A stretch of DNA of 63,976 nt, counting the filler, from Globobulimina sp. (taxonomy: Eukaryota): assembly GCA_003354225.1 (NCBI GenBank). It is 46 parts of 46 records of this genome, joined end to end, with 100 filler letters (N's around TTAATTAATTAA, not from the genome) between each part and the next. Parts side by side here need not be neighbours in the genome. Positions count along the whole stretch, not along the records: positions 61,293 to 62,584 come from PIVH01019289.1; positions 62,685 to 63,976 come from PIVH01019290.1; 44 more parts are not named here. One strand, given 5' to 3'. The notes beneath the pieces were generated by a model that saw only the letters and a program-made list of their open reading frames with translations, did no database searches and was not told where the DNA came from. Positions 61,448-63,976 of this stretch are shown one piece after another. The position numbers and the translations under genes were made by a program. Each line of letters starts with the position of its first letter. The stretch's first letter is position 1.

Positions 61448-62194
61448 TTGTATATAATTGTTTTAAAACATACATCTGTTTATTTTAATTTGATTTGCAT
61501 TACAGGATCGACACAAAGTCAATCAAGTAACAAGATAAGTGGATGGAAAAATAAATTATCCACAATAAACAAATTGGATTGCGACGAAACAGCCAATTTG
61601 TATAATGACTGGGCAAGTGACTATGATGAATCTGTACAAGAATGGGGATATGTGATCCCATCCGTTATGGCAAATTTAGTAAAAACGCATTTAGCAAATG
61701 ACGCACGCAGCAAACAATTGAAATTGTTTGATTTAGGATGTGGTACAGGGTTAATTGGACAGGAACTGATTGCAAAACATTGTGATATTGACGTTAAGAT
61801 ATTTGGCTGCGATTTATCAGATCAACAATTTGATATTACCAAAGAAAGAGGATATTATGGATTGCAACAATGGAATTTAAATAATTATCCATTTCCGTAT
61901 AAAGACAATGAATTTGATATAATAACATGTGGTGGCACACTAACGTACAGTCAAGAAAAACCTGCATTGTTTAATGAATGGTGCAGGATCAGCAAAAACG
62001 GATCAATTATAATATGTTCTCATAGGACTGATTCGATGACGGATGATTTAAAATACTTTGAACAGATGGAAAATGCTGGGAAGTGGTTTCGATTGGAACT
62101 CACTGAGCCATTTCCTTATTTACCAGGTAATGAAAACTATGGAACAGACATTTCAGTGCAATGTTATGTTGCGAAAACTATCAAGGCAGAATAA
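61448..62194 (+). CDS. Class I SAM-dependent methyltransferase (METTL27/WBSCR27-like); 5' exon uncertain
   Basis: LYNDWASDYDE, DLGCGTG, GCDLS, FDII. Confidence 0.85.
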   Translation: MYIIVLKHTSVYFNLICITGSTQSQSSNKISGWKNKLSTINKLDCDETANLYNDWASDYDESVQEWGYVIPSVMANLVKTHLANDARSKQLKLFDLGCGTGLIGQELIAKHCDIDVKIFGCDLSDQQFDITKERGYYGLQQWNLNNYPFPYKDNEFDIITCGGTLTYSQEKPALFNEWCRISKNGSIIICSHRTDSMTDDLKYFEQMENAGKWFRLELTEPFPYLPGNENYGTDISVQCYVAKTIKAE

Positions 62195-62403
62195 ACTGTT
62201 CTTCATACTGTGTAAACACTCTAGCACAAAAGATTAAAAAATGATATGAAAATATTTAGTGATAAAGTAACGGTTGAGTCAAAACAAAACACTTCAATGG
62301 AATAATCAAAATACTTAAGTTGAATTTGGCCATTTGCTAGCAGTTTGTTTGGTAATAGCTTTTTGTTAATGTTAATGTTATTACTTCGAATAAATAAAAT
62401 GAC

Positions 62404-62584
62404 TTAACCCTTAACCCATACAATATTCATATTTATATACCAAATGGGTTAACCCTTAACCCGTACAATACCCATATTTATATACCAAATGGGTTAACCC
62501 TTAACCCGTACAATACCCATATTTATATACCAAATGGGTTAACCCTTAACCCATACAATATTCATATTTATATACCAAATGGGT
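62404..62584. repeat. 45-bp tandem repeat, 4 copies (A,B,B,A), running off the contig end
   Basis: Unit TTAACCCTTAACCCRTACAATAYYCATATTTATATACCAAATGGG. Confidence 0.95.
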
Positions 62585-62686
62585 NNNNNNNNNNNNNNNN
62601 NNNNNNNNNNNNNNNNNNNNNNNNNNNNTTAATTAATTAANNNNNNNNNNNNNNNNNNNNNNNNNNNNNNNNNNNNNNNNNNNNTA

Positions 62687-63976
62687 GATATTAAAGGTAA
62701 GCAAACCCAGATTAGTCCGAAGAGAAAAAGAAGAAAAAAAGGTAGTATTTACGATCAAGATTCCGAGTCAAGTTCATCAGCAGATATCCCGATTTGCGAT
62801 TTATTTGGCACTGAAATTATAGAAAAAGTGCAGAAATTACCATGTAAATATTGCAAATTTCGTTTTTGCGCATCAAATTTTATAAATCAATCTGGAAATA
62901 GTCATAAAGTCAACGAGTTAATCTGCGGAATTTGCCGCATTAAACGGCGTGACGTGGAAAAAAAATCTGTCGAACTCAAAGAAAAGAGTGAAGTGAGTCA
63001 CTCACTCAACAAAAATGAGCCAGAAACGGTACAAAAGGTATCCGTAAAATGCTGCATTGAATCGTGCACAAATCATATACAAACAGCTTATAATAAAGTA
63101 CAGATTGCACATTGTGACATTACGTGCGTTTCATGCAACATTGACGTGAATGGTAACGCATCAAATAAATTAAAATATGAATGGAAATGTCCGCGCGAGT
63201 CATGTACCTATGGCCCCTGGCTAACTTTAGCTGGTTTTATTAAACATTTTGAACGATTGAAAAATAGCCATAACTGTGTGCAGCATCAGAATAACAGTGA
63301 TATTTATGATTTATTTCATATTAAACCCTGTAACGACGAAGCATGCAAACAGTATACAAAAACAATAAATAATCTCGGATTTAAATATAAAAAATTAAAC
63401 AACGACGTGGGCGGTTACTGTGCGAACTGTTCATTGTTAAACAAGGCAAATAACATTAAAAATGGTACGGGAGAATTAGAGCGGTATAATAGCATCGATG
63501 CCATTAACTTATTACGTACGAATATCGCCGATAAAATACCAAATCAAATACTCGACGATTTTACCAATTTATTAGCTGAATATTACAAAGTTTTATGTAC
63601 ATCAAAGGATGAGCGAGTTATAGAATTATATGAAAAATTGTTAACTTTGGCGCCTAAAATAATTTTGAATGAAAACAATCGCGGAACGGGAGACAACGAA
63701 GAAAATAAAAAACAAAAAACACATTTTATGCAAAAAAAAGTCAAAGCATTTCGGGAATTAGATTTTAAAGAAGTTATTAAAGCATTGGCTTACACCGAGT
63801 GCGAAATAGAAAAAGTCCGCAAATCTATAGAAAAATCAAAAGAAAATCGAAAAGAATTGGATGACATTGAATTGTCAGTCAAATTGAGCGATGCGCGAAA
63901 AAAAAGAATTACAAAATATGCCAAATTAAATGATCTGAGTAAAGCCTATAAACAGACGGAGTATCAGCCAGCGATG
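62687..63976 (+). mobile_element. 430-codon open frame: Cys-rich/zinc-finger N-terminal region of a putative CRE-clade non-LTR retrotransposon
   Basis: Manual translation has no stop; CxxC clusters, CPRESC...HFER..H, IP..ILDDF, LAPKIIL..NRG, KRITKYAKLNDLSKAY; the RT domain itself is not in view. Confidence 0.55.

Noticed and set aside
62404..62584. True telomere or CRISPR array
   Set aside because: TTAACCC occurs only in pairs inside a 45-bp unit, and the intervening sequences are near-identical rather than unique spacers; no cas genes.
1..63976. rRNA or tRNA genes
   Set aside because: No conserved rRNA segments or tRNA cloverleaf with a T-loop consensus recognised by eye; tRNAscan-SE/Infernal would be decisive.

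Overview
This window is not a contiguous locus. It is 46 unrelated short contigs (1294, 1293 and 1292 bp, sorted by length) joined by 45 artificial 100-nt spacers (N44-TTAATTAATTAA-N44, stops in all six frames), so gene neighbourhood across spacers means nothing. Most contigs come from an AT-rich, gene-dense eukaryote with short GT-AG introns (mostly 54-76 nt). Its gene families (SPRY, Gly-rich, PPR, ART-like, RanBP2-ZnF, 7TM, G-alpha, CFAP47) suggest a foraminiferan or other rhizarian protist; this is inference. Also present are bacterial pieces (NERD nuclease; a Bacteroidota K+ channel plus lipoproteins; a serA fragment fused to a eukaryotic gene) and mobile-element pieces that look animal- or diatom-derived (CR1/L2 RT, BEL/Pao Gag, Polinton-like ZnF protein, Ty3/gypsy RT), plus a CRE-like non-LTR ORF. 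I found no rRNA, tRNA or CRISPR array, and no multi-gene novel system can be demonstrated from fragments this short. The best leads are a TIR-bounded cloverleaf hairpin element, a self-closing (circular or tandem) C-type-lectin contig, a degenerate NOX-like protein, an H-S-E ADP-ribosyltransferase-like protein, a cyclin with a signal-peptide-like N-terminus, an in-frame TAG in a fatty acyl-CoA reductase, and a TTAA-bounded 45-bp tandem array.
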